From positions 493-64,492 of the forward strand of contig JBMOFP010000004.1 of assembly GCA_049318805.1 (NCBI GenBank): a DNA stretch of 64,000 nt. The letters are read 5' to 3'. Within the stretch, counting starts at the first letter, position 1, and each line of letters begins with the position of its first letter. Below, in pieces: positions 1-9,531 of this stretch. The position numbers and the translations under genes were made by a program. This stretch comes from Bradymonadia bacterium. GTDB taxonomy: Bacteria; Myxococcota_A; Bradymonadia; UBA7976; UBA1532. The notes below the pieces were generated by a model, which saw only the letters and a program-made list of their open reading frames with translations, searched no databases and was not told the origin of the DNA.

Positions 1-1266
1 GTCGACCGTGTCGAGCAACGCGGTCGCGCGGGCGTGGTCCCCCCGCCAGGCGTGGAGATGCGCTTGATAGATGCGCCGATAGGCGTGGGTTCTCGGGCGG
101 CCGTCGAGCACGTCGGCGGTCTCCAGCAGGCGCTCGGCGCTCTCGTGCTCGCCCCGCGTGATCCACGTGCGCGCCAGGGCGAGCGTGACGTCTGCGACGG
201 CGGCCTCGGAGACACCCGCGGCCAGCCGCAGCGCGCGCTCGTACAGCCCGACCACGGCCGCCCGCTCGAGCCGCCCGACGAAGAGCGGCTCCAGCACCAG
301 GGCGGCGCGCATGGCGGTCGACGCGTCCGGGTCGCACGCCAGCGCGAGCAGGTCGCCGCGGAGGCGCTCCAGCGTCGAGCCCGCCTCGACGGGGGCGACC
401 CGGTGGCGCGCGCGGGCGGCCTCGCCTTCTCGCAGGACCGCCGCGGCATGGGCGCGCCGGCTGGCCTGCCGCATCGCTTCGGGCGCGTGTCGCCTCGCGA
501 AGGTCGCGACCGCCGACGGCACACGCACGAGACCGTCGGCGACCTCGAGCACGCCGCTGTCCAACAGCGGGTGCAGAGCGCCCCGAAGCCCCGCGCCCAG
601 CACGGCGTCCAGGTCGGCGGCGCCGAGGGCGGCGTGGGCGCAGGCGAGGGTGGTCCAAGCGACCCGGGCCGAGGCGGGCAGACCCTGCCAGACGCCCAGC
701 AGCACGGCCGCGCACCGGCCCTCGTCCTCCGCGTCCAGGACCTCGGCGAAGCGATGGGCGGCGGCGCTCGCGCCGAGCACGCGGGTCATGCGCACCAGGG
801 CCAGAGCGGCGGCGGGCCAGCCGTCCGCGGCGGCGACGAGCGGGTCGAGCGCCGCGCTCTCTTCTTTTCGGCCCTGGCGTCGTAGGGCCTCGTCGATCAG
901 AGCGCGGGCGTCCTCCGGCCGTAGCCGGTGCAAAGGCACGCGGTGCTCCTCCGCCAGCCCGAGGGGTCGGCGCGCGGCGACCACCACGCGGGCCGCGCTC
1001 CGTGCGACGAAGGCCGCGACCGCCCGGGCGGCGCGCGCGTCGTGCACCTGGTCGAAGAAGACCCACGTCCCCGGCGGGGCGTCCGTCGGGGCGCGGGCGC
1101 GCGACGCCGAGAGGTCCACCCGCAGCACTGGGCCCCGGTCGTCCAGCGCTCGGGCCACCAAAGCCGACGCCCCCGAGCCGCCCAGGCCGTGCACGGTGAC
1201 CACTCTCGCGCCGGCGTCGAGTCTCGCGCGCAGCGCGGCTTCTTCGGAGCGTGGAATCCATCGCAT
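1..1266 (-). CDS. STAND-type (AfsR/predicted-ATPase-like) NTPase-domain protein with helical/TPR-like C-terminal part; 3'-truncated by the window edge
   Basis: Not in the ORF track because it has no stop in the window. My reading from ATG 1266: MRWIPRSEEAALRARLDAGARVVTVHGLGGSGASALV...WVFFDQ...VVVAARRPLGLAEEHRVPLHRL. This parallels the GRE..L...RLVTLTGPGGVGKT / LVLDN / TSREPL...E..V.L pattern of these ATPases. Confidence 0.7.
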   Translation of the reverse strand, partial: MRWIPRSEEAALRARLDAGARVVTVHGLGGSGASALVARALDDRGPVLRVDLSASRARAPTDAPPGTWVFFDQVHDARAARAVAAFVARSAARVVVAARRPLGLAEEHRVPLHRLRPEDARALIDEALRRQGRKEESAALDPLVAAADGWPAAALALVRMTRVLGASAAAHRFAEVLDAEDEGRCAAVLLGVWQGLPASARVAWTTLACAHAALGAADLDAVLGAGLRGALHPLLDSGVLEVADGLVRVPSAVATFARRHAPEAMRQASRRAHAAAVLREGEAARARHRVAPVEAGSTLERLRGDLLALACDPDASTAMRAALVLEPLFVGRLERAAVVGLYERALRLAAGVSEAAVADVTLALARTWITRGEHESAERLLETADVLDGRPRTHAYRRIYQAHLHAWRGDHARATALLDTVD

Positions 1267-1281
1267 CGAAGACAGGCCAGC

Positions 1282-1390
1282 AGGCTGCTGAAAAAGCCGA
1301 ATGATTCCGGGAGCGGAGCCGAATTCACTTCGGCGGAGCGGGGCTGGAAAAGTCCATGGACGGACCTTTTCCAGCGTCCTGCCAGCAGCG
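1282..1390 (+). repeat. Palindromic dispersed repeat / MITE-like element, copy 1
   Basis: 1317-1380 is an exact reverse complement of 28944-29007. It starts AGGCTGCTGAAAAAG. Hairpins: GCCGAA/TTCGGC and GCTGGAAAA-GTCC...GGAC-C-TTTTCCAGC. Confidence 0.8.
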
Positions 1391-1473
1391 CCGCGCGCCT
1401 CGGCGGACCGAACCCAAGCGTTTGAGCGTTCTTTGAGTGGCCCGCCCGACGACCCGTCGGGAGTATCGACCCC

Positions 1474-3075
1474 ATGCGAAACCCCGCGATTCTCTGTCTG
1501 GTCGTCCTGGTGTCGGGCTGCGATCAGGGCTCGGCCCCGGTGTCGTCGAGCCCCGATGCGCTCGCGCCTGATGCCCTTGCGCCCGATGTGGCTCCGCCCG
1601 AGCCCGACGCCGCCCCGCCCGAGCCGGACGCGGCCCCGCCCGCGCCCGACGCCGCCGCGCTGCCGCCGCTGGAGTGGACCGCATGCCCGGACCGCTTCCG
1701 CGGAGAGTGTACGACGCTGCGTGTGCCCCTGAACCACGACGACCCGGACGGCGAGACCATCGAGGTCTTTCTGTCTCATCGGCCGGGGTCCTCGAAGCAG
1801 CTCTGGCTTTTGCAGGGGGGGCCGGGGGCCTCGGCGGAGTCATTCTACAATTTCTATGGCTTCATGGACGCCGTAGACCCAGAGCTGGACATCTACACGC
1901 TGGAGCACCGCGGCGTCGGCGACTCGACCCGCCTGGGCTGCAGCGCCGAGGCCGCGGGCACCCCCGAGGGCTTCCAAATCAGCGCGGGAGAATGGCCGGC
2001 GTGTCTGGACGAGGTGAAGGCCGAGTGGGGCGAGCGCCTGTCCTTCTTCTCCACGACACAGGCGGCCCACGACCTGGCGCTGGCCATCGAAAACACCCGG
2101 CGGCCCGGGCAAGAGACGTTCGTCTATGGCATCTCATATGGCAGCTTCTGGGCGCATCGCTACGCCGTGCTGCACCCGGAACAGTCCACAGGCATCGTGT
2201 TGGACGGGCCGGTGCAGCCCGGCTCGACCCTGGAGGACTACGACACGTGGTTTGAACCCGTCGGTCGCGCGGTCTTCGAAGACCTGTGTCCCACCGTGCC
2301 GCGCTGCTCGACCGCGCTGGGCGACGACCCGTGGGCCTTCTTCGAGCGCACCTACGCCGCGCTCTCCGAGGGCCGTTGCCGCTCCCTGGGCCTGGACCTC
2401 GATACCTGGCGCGTCGTTTTCGCGATCTTCTTGATGGACCACAACCTGCGCGACTGGCTGCCGGCGCTCATCGTGCGGCTCGATCGCTGCGCGGTCACGG
2501 ACCAACAGGCCATCGCCACGCTCTTCGACAACCTCTTCGGCGGAGGCGGCGAAACCTTGCCGCGGACCTCGCGGGTCACGCAGGTCCACGTCCTGCTCTC
2601 GGAGAACTGGCCCCGCACGCCCGTCGACACCGCTCGGGTCGACGCCGCGCGCGAGACCGCCCACTTCTTCCAGGACGCCCTGGTCGGCCCGTTCACGCTC
2701 CAGGACACCTGGCCCCGCTACGACGCCGACCCCCTCGCCGACGCCTACGCGCCGCCCGAGGTGCCCCTGCTCACGATGGCCGGGCGCTTCGACCCCGCCG
2801 CCCCGCCGGCGCGCGTGGCCACCGGCTACCGCGACCGGTTGACGGGCCCCCACCAGACCTACGTCGAGATGCCGTACGGGGCTCACGGCGTGCTCACCGG
2901 CTCGCCCGTGGGCGACGGCCAGCCCCCGTGCCCGTTCCAGCTCTTCCGCGCGTTTCTGGCCGACCCCACGCAGCCGTTGCCGGTCGCCTGCGTCGACCAG
3001 GTGCTGGGCCCGAGCTTCGACGCCACGCCGGAAACGGCGATGCGATACTGGGGGACCGAAGACCTCTACGAGTGA
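1474..3075 (+). CDS. Lipoprotein alpha/beta hydrolase (TAP-like peptidase/esterase family)
   Basis: Lipobox LVSGC, PDA-repeat linker, LQGGPG oxyanion motif, GISYG nucleophile elbow, GRFDP acid and GAHG His. Confidence 0.9.
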   Translation: MRNPAILCLVVLVSGCDQGSAPVSSSPDALAPDALAPDVAPPEPDAAPPEPDAAPPAPDAAALPPLEWTACPDRFRGECTTLRVPLNHDDPDGETIEVFLSHRPGSSKQLWLLQGGPGASAESFYNFYGFMDAVDPELDIYTLEHRGVGDSTRLGCSAEAAGTPEGFQISAGEWPACLDEVKAEWGERLSFFSTTQAAHDLALAIENTRRPGQETFVYGISYGSFWAHRYAVLHPEQSTGIVLDGPVQPGSTLEDYDTWFEPVGRAVFEDLCPTVPRCSTALGDDPWAFFERTYAALSEGRCRSLGLDLDTWRVVFAIFLMDHNLRDWLPALIVRLDRCAVTDQQAIATLFDNLFGGGGETLPRTSRVTQVHVLLSENWPRTPVDTARVDAARETAHFFQDALVGPFTLQDTWPRYDADPLADAYAPPEVPLLTMAGRFDPAAPPARVATGYRDRLTGPHQTYVEMPYGAHGVLTGSPVGDGQPPCPFQLFRAFLADPTQPLPVACVDQVLGPSFDATPETAMRYWGTEDLYE

Positions 3076-3101
3076 GCCTGCCGCTCAGCTCGGCCTCGCA
3101 T

Positions 3102-5780
3102 TCACCCCGCGCCGATCTCCGCGATCCGCACCCGGCTCGCCCGAAGGCGCACGAGCTCGTCGGCCATCTGCGCCTCGCGCTCACGCTCCGTCTCGACGAC
3201 CTCTTCCGGCGCCCGCGCCACAAAGCCCTCGTTGGCGAGCTTGGCGCGTGTGGCGTTGAGGCTCGCCTCGGTCTTGGCGATGGTCTTGTCCAGGCGCACG
3301 AGCTCGGCCTGGGTGTCGATGAGCCCGGCGACGGGCACCAGGACCTCGAGCGGGCCCGCGACCTGGAGCGCCGCGCCCCGCGGACGCTCGCCGCCGACCT
3401 GGACCGTGACCTTCTCGATGCGCGCGAGCTTGGTGATCCGCGTGTGCTGGCCCTCGAGCAAGACCGCGGTCTCCGCGTCGGGCGCGATGACGATGGCCTC
3501 GAGGCTCGACCCGGCGGGGATCGTGAGCTCGCCCCGGATCGTGCGCACGGCGTTGATGGTGTCGAGCAAGAGCCCGACCTCGCGCTCGGCGTCGGCGTCG
3601 CGGGTGAACGCCCCGACCCGCGGGAAGTCGGCGATCATCAGGCTGGGCGCCCGGCCCTCGGGCAAAGGCAGCTTCTGCCAGATCTCCTCGGTGGCGAAGG
3701 GCATGATCGGGTGCAGGAGCCGCAGGGCGGTGTCGAGGCACTGCACGAGTGTCCACTGGGCGGCGTGCTTCTCCTCGGGGCCCGCGTCGCCGTAGAGCAG
3801 GGGCTTCGCGAGCTCGATGTACCAATCGCACAGCTCGTTCCAGAAAAACTCGTAGGCGGCGGTCGCGGCCTTGTCGATCTGGAACGCGTCGAGCGCGGTC
3901 GTCACACCCTCGATGGCGCGGTCCAGGCGCGACAGGATCCACCGGTCGACCACACCGAGGCGCTCGGGCGGGGGGCCGTCGGCGGGGAAGTCGGCGAGGT
4001 TCATCAGCCCGAAACGACTCGCGTTCCAGACCTTGTTGATGAAGTTGCGGCTCGTCTCCACGGCCTTGAGCGAGAGCTTGATGTCGCGCGCCTGGCCGGC
4101 CAGGTTGGCGAGCGTGAAGCGCAGGCTGTCGGCGCCCAGGTCCCGTGAGACCTCGAGCGGGTCGATCACGTTGCCCTTCGTCTTCGACATCTTCGCGCCG
4201 TGCTCGTCGCGCACCATGGCGTGCAGGTAGACGACGGGGAACGGCACCTCGCCCAGGAAGTGCACGCCCATCATCATCATGCGGGCGACCCAGAAGAAGA
4301 GGATGTCGAAGCCGGTCTCCATGACCGCGTTGGGGTAGAAGACCTTCAGGTCCTTCGTCTGATCGGGCCACCCCAGCGTCGAGAAGGGCCAGAGCGCGCT
4401 CGAGAACCAGGTGTCGAGCACATCCTCGTCGCGCTTCAGGCGGGCGCCGCCGCAGCCCCCGCAGGCGCTGGGGTCCTCGCGGCTCACGGTCACGTGCGGG
4501 CAATCGGCGCAGTACCAGGCCGGGATCTGGTGGCCCCACCAGAGCTGGCGCGAGATGCACCAGTCCCGGATGTTGTCCATCCACTGGAACCAGGTCTTCT
4601 CCCAGACCTCGGGCACGATGCGCGTCCGGCCGTCCCGCACGGCGTCGGCCGCGGGCTTGGCCAGCGGCTCGGCGCGCACGTACCACTGCTTCGAGAGCAT
4701 CGGCTCGACGACCACGCCGGAGCGCTGGCAGTGGCCCAGATTCAGCGTGTGCGGCTCGACCTTCACGAGCAGGCCGAGCGCGTCCAGGTCCTCGACGATG
4801 CGCTTGCGCGCCTCGAAGCGGTCGAGCCCGCGGTAGGCCTCGGGCGCGTTGGCGTTGACCTTCGCGTCGAGGTCGAGCACCGACAGTGTCGGCAAGCCGT
4901 GGCGCTTGCCGGTCTCGAAGTCGTTGAAGTCGTGGGCGGGCGTGATCTTCACGGCCCCCGTGCCGAAGGTCATGTCGACGAGCTGGGCGTCCGCGATGAT
5001 GGGGATGCGACGGCCGGTCAGGGGGAGCTCGACCTCGCCGCCGACCAGGTGCCGGTAGCGCGGATCGTCCGGGTGCACGGCCACGGCGGTGTCGCCGAGC
5101 ATGGTCTCGGGGCGGGTGGTGGCCACGACCAGATGGGTTGTCTCGCCGCCGTTCACGACCGGGTACGCCAGGTGCCAGAGCGAGCCCTGCTTCGTCTCGT
5201 GCACCACCTCGAGGTCCGAGATCACGGTCTGGCACCCCGGCGACCAGTTCACGAGCCGGTCGGCGCGGTAGATCAGGCCCTCTTCGTACAAACGCACGAA
5301 GACCTCGCGCACCGCGCGAGAGAGCCCCTCGTCGAGCGTGAAGCGCTCACGCGTCCAGTCGACCGAGCAGCCCAAGGCCTCGATTTGTTTCGTGATTCGG
5401 TCGCGGCAGATGGCCTTCCACGCCCAGACCTTCTCGAGGAAGCCCTCGCGCCCCAGGTCGAAGCGGCTGATGCCCTCCTTCGCGAGCTCGCGCTCGACGA
5501 CCATCTGGGTCGCGATGCCCGCGTGGTCCGTGCCCGGGAGCCACAGCGCGTTGAAGCCCGCCATGCGCTTCCAACGAATCAGCACGTCCTCGATGGTCAC
5601 CGTGAGCGCGTGGCCCATATGGAGCTGGCCGGTCACGTTCGGCGGCGGGATGACGATCGTGTAGGCCGGCTTCGTGGACTCGGCGTCGGCGGTGAAGTAG
5701 CCGCGCTCGCGCCACTCGGCGTACCAGCGCGGCTCGACGTCGCGGTGGTCGTAGGCCTTCGGCAGCTCAGTCTCGCTCAT
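3102..5780 (-). CDS. valS: Valine--tRNA ligase
   Basis: [13 protein letters not shown] (HIGH), [27 protein letters not shown] and C-terminal coiled coil. Start moved to [11 protein letters not shown] (5780). Confidence 0.99.
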   Translation of the reverse strand: MSETELPKAYDHRDVEPRWYAEWRERGYFTADAESTKPAYTIVIPPPNVTGQLHMGHALTVTIEDVLIRWKRMAGFNALWLPGTDHAGIATQMVVERELAKEGISRFDLGREGFLEKVWAWKAICRDRITKQIEALGCSVDWTRERFTLDEGLSRAVREVFVRLYEEGLIYRADRLVNWSPGCQTVISDLEVVHETKQGSLWHLAYPVVNGGETTHLVVATTRPETMLGDTAVAVHPDDPRYRHLVGGEVELPLTGRRIPIIADAQLVDMTFGTGAVKITPAHDFNDFETGKRHGLPTLSVLDLDAKVNANAPEAYRGLDRFEARKRIVEDLDALGLLVKVEPHTLNLGHCQRSGVVVEPMLSKQWYVRAEPLAKPAADAVRDGRTRIVPEVWEKTWFQWMDNIRDWCISRQLWWGHQIPAWYCADCPHVTVSREDPSACGGCGGARLKRDEDVLDTWFSSALWPFSTLGWPDQTKDLKVFYPNAVMETGFDILFFWVARMMMMGVHFLGEVPFPVVYLHAMVRDEHGAKMSKTKGNVIDPLEVSRDLGADSLRFTLANLAGQARDIKLSLKAVETSRNFINKVWNASRFGLMNLADFPADGPPPERLGVVDRWILSRLDRAIEGVTTALDAFQIDKAATAAYEFFWNELCDWYIELAKPLLYGDAGPEEKHAAQWTLVQCLDTALRLLHPIMPFATEEIWQKLPLPEGRAPSLMIADFPRVGAFTRDADAEREVGLLLDTINAVRTIRGELTIPAGSSLEAIVIAPDAETAVLLEGQHTRITKLARIEKVTVQVGGERPRGAALQVAGPLEVLVPVAGLIDTQAELVRLDKTIAKTEASLNATRAKLANEGFVARAPEEVVETEREREAQMADELVRLRASRVRIAEIGAG

Positions 5781-5867
5781 GGGGGCGCGCTCCGGGGTCA
5801 GCAGTTCGGGTCGCGATTTGTAACGCGACGCGCCATCCGGACCCAAGGGACTCGTCGCGGGCGGCGG

Positions 5868-6650
5868 TCACGCCCAGTCGACGAGGCCGTCCCCCCGCCA
5901 CTCCTCGAGCAGGCTCAGGGCGTCATCCGCAGGCACGTCCTCCTGCGCGAGGCGCTCCAGCACACGCTCGAGCGGCCGACCCGGCCCGAGCCAGACCAAA
6001 AGTGTGGAGAGCGGTGCCTCCAGGCGCTCGAGCCGGCCGGCGTGCGCCCCCCGCCCCACGGCGACCAGGCCCCGTTCGCTCGGCTCGACCACGGGCCACC
6101 GCGCCGGGGTGGCCGCGAGGTCGACGAGCGCCTCGAAGCCGCCTGTCCGTAGGGTCTGCGCAGCCTCGGCGACGAAGTCTTCCGTCCCACGGCCGACCTC
6201 GACGAGGGCGGCGGCGCACACCACGATTCCGGGCCCCGGCTGCGGCGAGTCACCGAGACCGGCCGACTCGACCTGCCACACATCACGCGCCGCCCCCACG
6301 AGAATCCGGAGCGCGAGGGGCGCCGCGAGCCCCGGCAGTGTCCGCTCCCCCCGCACGACCTCGAGCAGGGCCGGGTCCTGGCGCAGCGCATCGACCAGCG
6401 CGGGGAACGGCGTCCTCGCGAGGAGCTGTGCGGCCGTGCCCGGGCACGCCTCCAAGCCCGCCTGAAGCAGTCGAGGCAGGCGGAACGGGTCCGTGGTCCA
6501 CGCGGGCTCGGGCACGGCGGCGAGCGCGGCGACCTCGGCGGGGTTGAGGTCCAACCACCCTCGGACCGTCTCGGCCGGTGCACCCAGGAGCCGCAGCGTG
6601 ACGGCGTCGCGCAGCGGTCGCACCCGCAGCGGGGCAACGCCGCCGACCAC
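5868..6650 (-). CDS. Hypothetical protein, possible C-terminal winged-helix (PqqD/RRE- or DUF2063-C-like)
   Basis: Open frame fills the romR-valS gap with a GTG 9 nt after the romR stop. The C-terminus LLVWLGPGRPLERVLERL...DALSLLEEWRGDGLV looks like a wHTH. Confidence 0.6.
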   Translation of the reverse strand: MVGGVAPLRVRPLRDAVTLRLLGAPAETVRGWLDLNPAEVAALAAVPEPAWTTDPFRLPRLLQAGLEACPGTAAQLLARTPFPALVDALRQDPALLEVVRGERTLPGLAAPLALRILVGAARDVWQVESAGLGDSPQPGPGIVVCAAALVEVGRGTEDFVAEAAQTLRTGGFEALVDLAATPARWPVVEPSERGLVAVGRGAHAGRLERLEAPLSTLLVWLGPGRPLERVLERLAQEDVPADDALSLLEEWRGDGLVDWA

Positions 6651-6658
6651 GGTGTCTC

Positions 6659-7513
6659 TCAGCCTGCGGCCATGCGCTCGCGCACGACCTTGGCGATCTC
6701 CTCTTTCAAGATCGCCTCGGCGAGCGGGGGCACGATCTCCCACAGCAAACGCTCGATGGCCTCTTTGCCCATGCCCTCGAGCGCAGTCTTCACCGTCTGG
6801 GTGTCGAGCGCGGTCGAGGTCGCCTGCGCCACGGCGGCGACCAGCGGGGCGGCGGCGATCGGGGCGGCGACCGGGGCCGGCGGCGTGGGCGCGAGGGCCG
6901 GGGCCTCATCGAGCGCGGGCGCCTTGAAGAACGGGCGCGTCGGCTCGTTCGTCTCGAAGGGGTTCTGCACGCCGCTGAACGGGTTGCTCGCGGCGCCCGC
7001 GGGGGCGGCCGGAGGACGCGGCGGCAGCGCGACGGCCGGCGCCTTCTGCAGCGGGATGGCGGCCGGGGCGGCGGGTTTCGGGGCCTCGGGCTTGCGGGCG
7101 AGCGGGATCGGAGCGCCCTGCTCTCGGAAGAGCTCGGCGCCGGGGGCCGGCCGGCCGGTCGTGGCCAGGTAGACCACATCCAGCAAGTCCTGGGTCTGGA
7201 ACGGCTTCGTCAGGTGGCCGTCCGCCCCGGAGCGCGCAGCGAGGTCGGCATCGAGGACCTGGTGATGCCCGGCCAGCAGGAAGACCTTCACCGCGGGCTG
7301 GCTCGCCTTCACCCGGCGCGCGACCTCATAGCCGTCGACGCCCGCGAGGTGGGTGTCGACCAGCAGGACCGAGGCCCCTGTGTCGCGCACCAACCCAATC
7401 GCGGCCTCGCCCTCGGTGGCGACCTCGAGGGTAAACGGCTGTCGATACAGCGCGATCTCGACCATCTTTCGGACGGTCTTGCTGTCTTCCGCGAGTACGA
7501 CGGTGGCGCTCAT
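6659..7513 (-). CDS. romR: RomR-like response regulator (REC + Pro/Ala linker + conserved C-terminal helix)
   Basis: N-terminal REC (AEDS, LLVD, KPF), Pro/Ala-rich linker, C-terminus IERLLWEIVPPLAEAILKEEIAKVV resembling RomR, and location near valS. Confidence 0.8.
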   Translation of the reverse strand: MSATVVLAEDSKTVRKMVEIALYRQPFTLEVATEGEAAIGLVRDTGASVLLVDTHLAGVDGYEVARRVKASQPAVKVFLLAGHHQVLDADLAARSGADGHLTKPFQTQDLLDVVYLATTGRPAPGAELFREQGAPIPLARKPEAPKPAAPAAIPLQKAPAVALPPRPPAAPAGAASNPFSGVQNPFETNEPTRPFFKAPALDEAPALAPTPPAPVAAPIAAAPLVAAVAQATSTALDTQTVKTALEGMGKEAIERLLWEIVPPLAEAILKEEIAKVVRERMAAG

Positions 7514-7596
7514 GCTCTGCAAACTCCGCGACAGGTCGAGCCGGAGACGAACTAGCACGCGGCCCGGGGTGGGTCAAGGCGGGGCGCGGCGTCCCG

Positions 7597-8772
7597 TCAG
7601 GGCCTCGGCACGAACGGCAGGTGAAAACCCGAGCCGATGTTCGCTCCGCCGGGCAGCGTCGCGTAGACCCCCATCGGGTCGTCGACGCTGAACACACTCC
7701 GATAGGCCCCGTTCCCGCCGCGAATCAGCAGGAACGCGCCCGAGGCGCCGGTGCGACGCGCGCCCACGGCCTGGAAGGCGTCGAGCGTCAGGGCGTCGTC
7801 GAAGAAGCGCAGGCACTGGCCGCCGTCGGGGCAGGTGTGGGCCGTCGAGGCGCCCACCGTGGAGACCTGCGCGCCCGCGCGCGGAACGAGCCGGCCTTCG
7901 TCGTCGCGGTCGAAGACACGCCCGACCAGGAAGCCGTTGCCCTCGAGGAAGGCCGCCGGCTGTCCGAGGATGCCGTTCCACACCGCCTGCTGCGCCTGGG
8001 AGGTCGCGAACGCGAGGGTGGTGTAGACCCGCCCCGCTTCGGCCGCGGTCGAGGTGATGCCCGCCGCCGAGCGTGTCCAGGTGCCCATGCCCGGCGCGGG
8101 GGCCCGGAGCTGGGCTTCGTCGTCGATCACGAGCGCGAGCTGCTGGGCCGCGCCGGTGCCCACCACCGAGAACCCACCGCCCGGCCCGACGCTCGTCTCG
8201 CCTCGGGTGTAGGCCGCGAGCGGCTGCCCCGCGGCCGCGAGGGCCGGGTCGATGAGCAGCATCGGCAGGCCCGACGGGAGCGCACAGCCGGTGGTGAAGT
8301 CCAGGGCGAGACCCACGACGCAGTACGCCTCGCCCGGGGGCAGCGCGCCGCAGTCCGCGGGCGGGACGCCCGGAGTCAGCGCCTCGGGGCAGGCAGGCGG
8401 GGGCGGCTCGGCGTCGGGCACGGGCGGCGCCGCGTCCTCGCCGGGCACGCCGCCGTCGACGTTCGGCCCGAGGTCGGGCATCCCGGTCTCGGGGGGCTCG
8501 ACGACGCCGACGTCGAGCGCGATGCACACGCCGTCGACCTCCACGGTGCCGGGGCCGCAGACGAGCCCGGGGCCCGCGTCGGCGCCGGCGTCGGGCGGGG
8601 TGGCCGTGGAGACGCAGCGGCCGTCGCGGAAGAGCGTGCCCTCACCGCAGGCCACCCGCACGTTCGCGACACACTGGTCGCGCTCGCGGTGCGTCCCCGG
8701 GCCGCACTCCAATGAGTCGCAGGCCCAGAGGCCCAGGCCCATGAACAGCACGGTGATTGCAGTCGGCTTCAT
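7597..8772 (-). CDS. Cys-rich lipoprotein, unknown function
   Basis: MKPTAITVLFMGLGLWAC lipobox, repeated CGPGT motifs, PDAG linkers. Third gene of the TonB-receptor operon. Confidence 0.8.
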   Translation of the reverse strand: MKPTAITVLFMGLGLWACDSLECGPGTHRERDQCVANVRVACGEGTLFRDGRCVSTATPPDAGADAGPGLVCGPGTVEVDGVCIALDVGVVEPPETGMPDLGPNVDGGVPGEDAAPPVPDAEPPPPACPEALTPGVPPADCGALPPGEAYCVVGLALDFTTGCALPSGLPMLLIDPALAAAGQPLAAYTRGETSVGPGGGFSVVGTGAAQQLALVIDDEAQLRAPAPGMGTWTRSAAGITSTAAEAGRVYTTLAFATSQAQQAVWNGILGQPAAFLEGNGFLVGRVFDRDDEGRLVPRAGAQVSTVGASTAHTCPDGGQCLRFFDDALTLDAFQAVGARRTGASGAFLLIRGGNGAYRSVFSVDDPMGVYATLPGGANIGSGFHLPFVPRP

Positions 8773-8791
8773 CGGCGTACTCTCGCGCGTT

Positions 8792-9529
8792 TCAGAACAG
8801 CGTTTCATCTTCGGCCGGCACGACGGCGACCTCACCCAACGGGCGCTCGGCGCAGACCGCCGTGACGGGCTCCGCGATCCACGTGCCCACCCGCACCCCG
8901 CGTCGGTCCGGCGCGCGCAGCCCGAGCCCGTCGCAGGGGTCGGGCGTCGGCCTTTGGGCCTCCGGGGTGGCGTCGCAGTAGGTCTCGAGGCACGCGAGGC
9001 GCTTCGCTTCGTACGGGTCCCGCTCGCGACCGAGGTCGGCGCGTGCCACGACGCCCGAGGGGGTCGGGTCGACGTCGTCGTCGGGTTCGCGGGTGAGGAA
9101 GAGGTTCGTCGCGTCGCTCAGATCGACGTCCACATCCCACCGCACGCCGCCCGCGAGCGTCGCCGAGGGCACGTCCACCTTGTCGACGGTGCCGATGCGC
9201 TCGGCGAAGTCGCAGGTGCGCGCGCGGTCGTAGTCGGCGTCCCAGCGCTGCACGAGCTGGACGTCGGGGGTCGTCAGGGGGTTGCCGGCGCAGGTGTCGG
9301 CGAGGCTCCCCTCGAGCCGATGGTCGACGGCGTCCAGCACCTTGAATTGGGCCAGGGAGACGGCGCCCTCATTCACGGATGCCCAGAGCGTGTAGTGCTC
9401 GCCCTCGACGTTCGACGGCAGCACCGTGAAGTTCGTCTGCACGATGGCGCCGCGGAAGACGTCGACGCACGCCGCCGGGGCGGCCAGCACACACCCGAGG
9501 ACCAGCAAGGCGTAGGAGGGTCGGCGCAT
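8792..9529 (-). CDS. Lipoprotein, unknown function
   Basis: Real start MRRPSYALLVLGCVLAAPAAC at 9529, 2 nt after the receptor stop. The upstream part of the track ORF is a shadow frame. Confidence 0.8.
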   Translation of the reverse strand: MRRPSYALLVLGCVLAAPAACVDVFRGAIVQTNFTVLPSNVEGEHYTLWASVNEGAVSLAQFKVLDAVDHRLEGSLADTCAGNPLTTPDVQLVQRWDADYDRARTCDFAERIGTVDKVDVPSATLAGGVRWDVDVDLSDATNLFLTREPDDDVDPTPSGVVARADLGRERDPYEAKRLACLETYCDATPEAQRPTPDPCDGLGLRAPDRRGVRVGTWIAEPVTAVCAERPLGEVAVVPAEDETLF

Positions 9530-9531
9530 CG

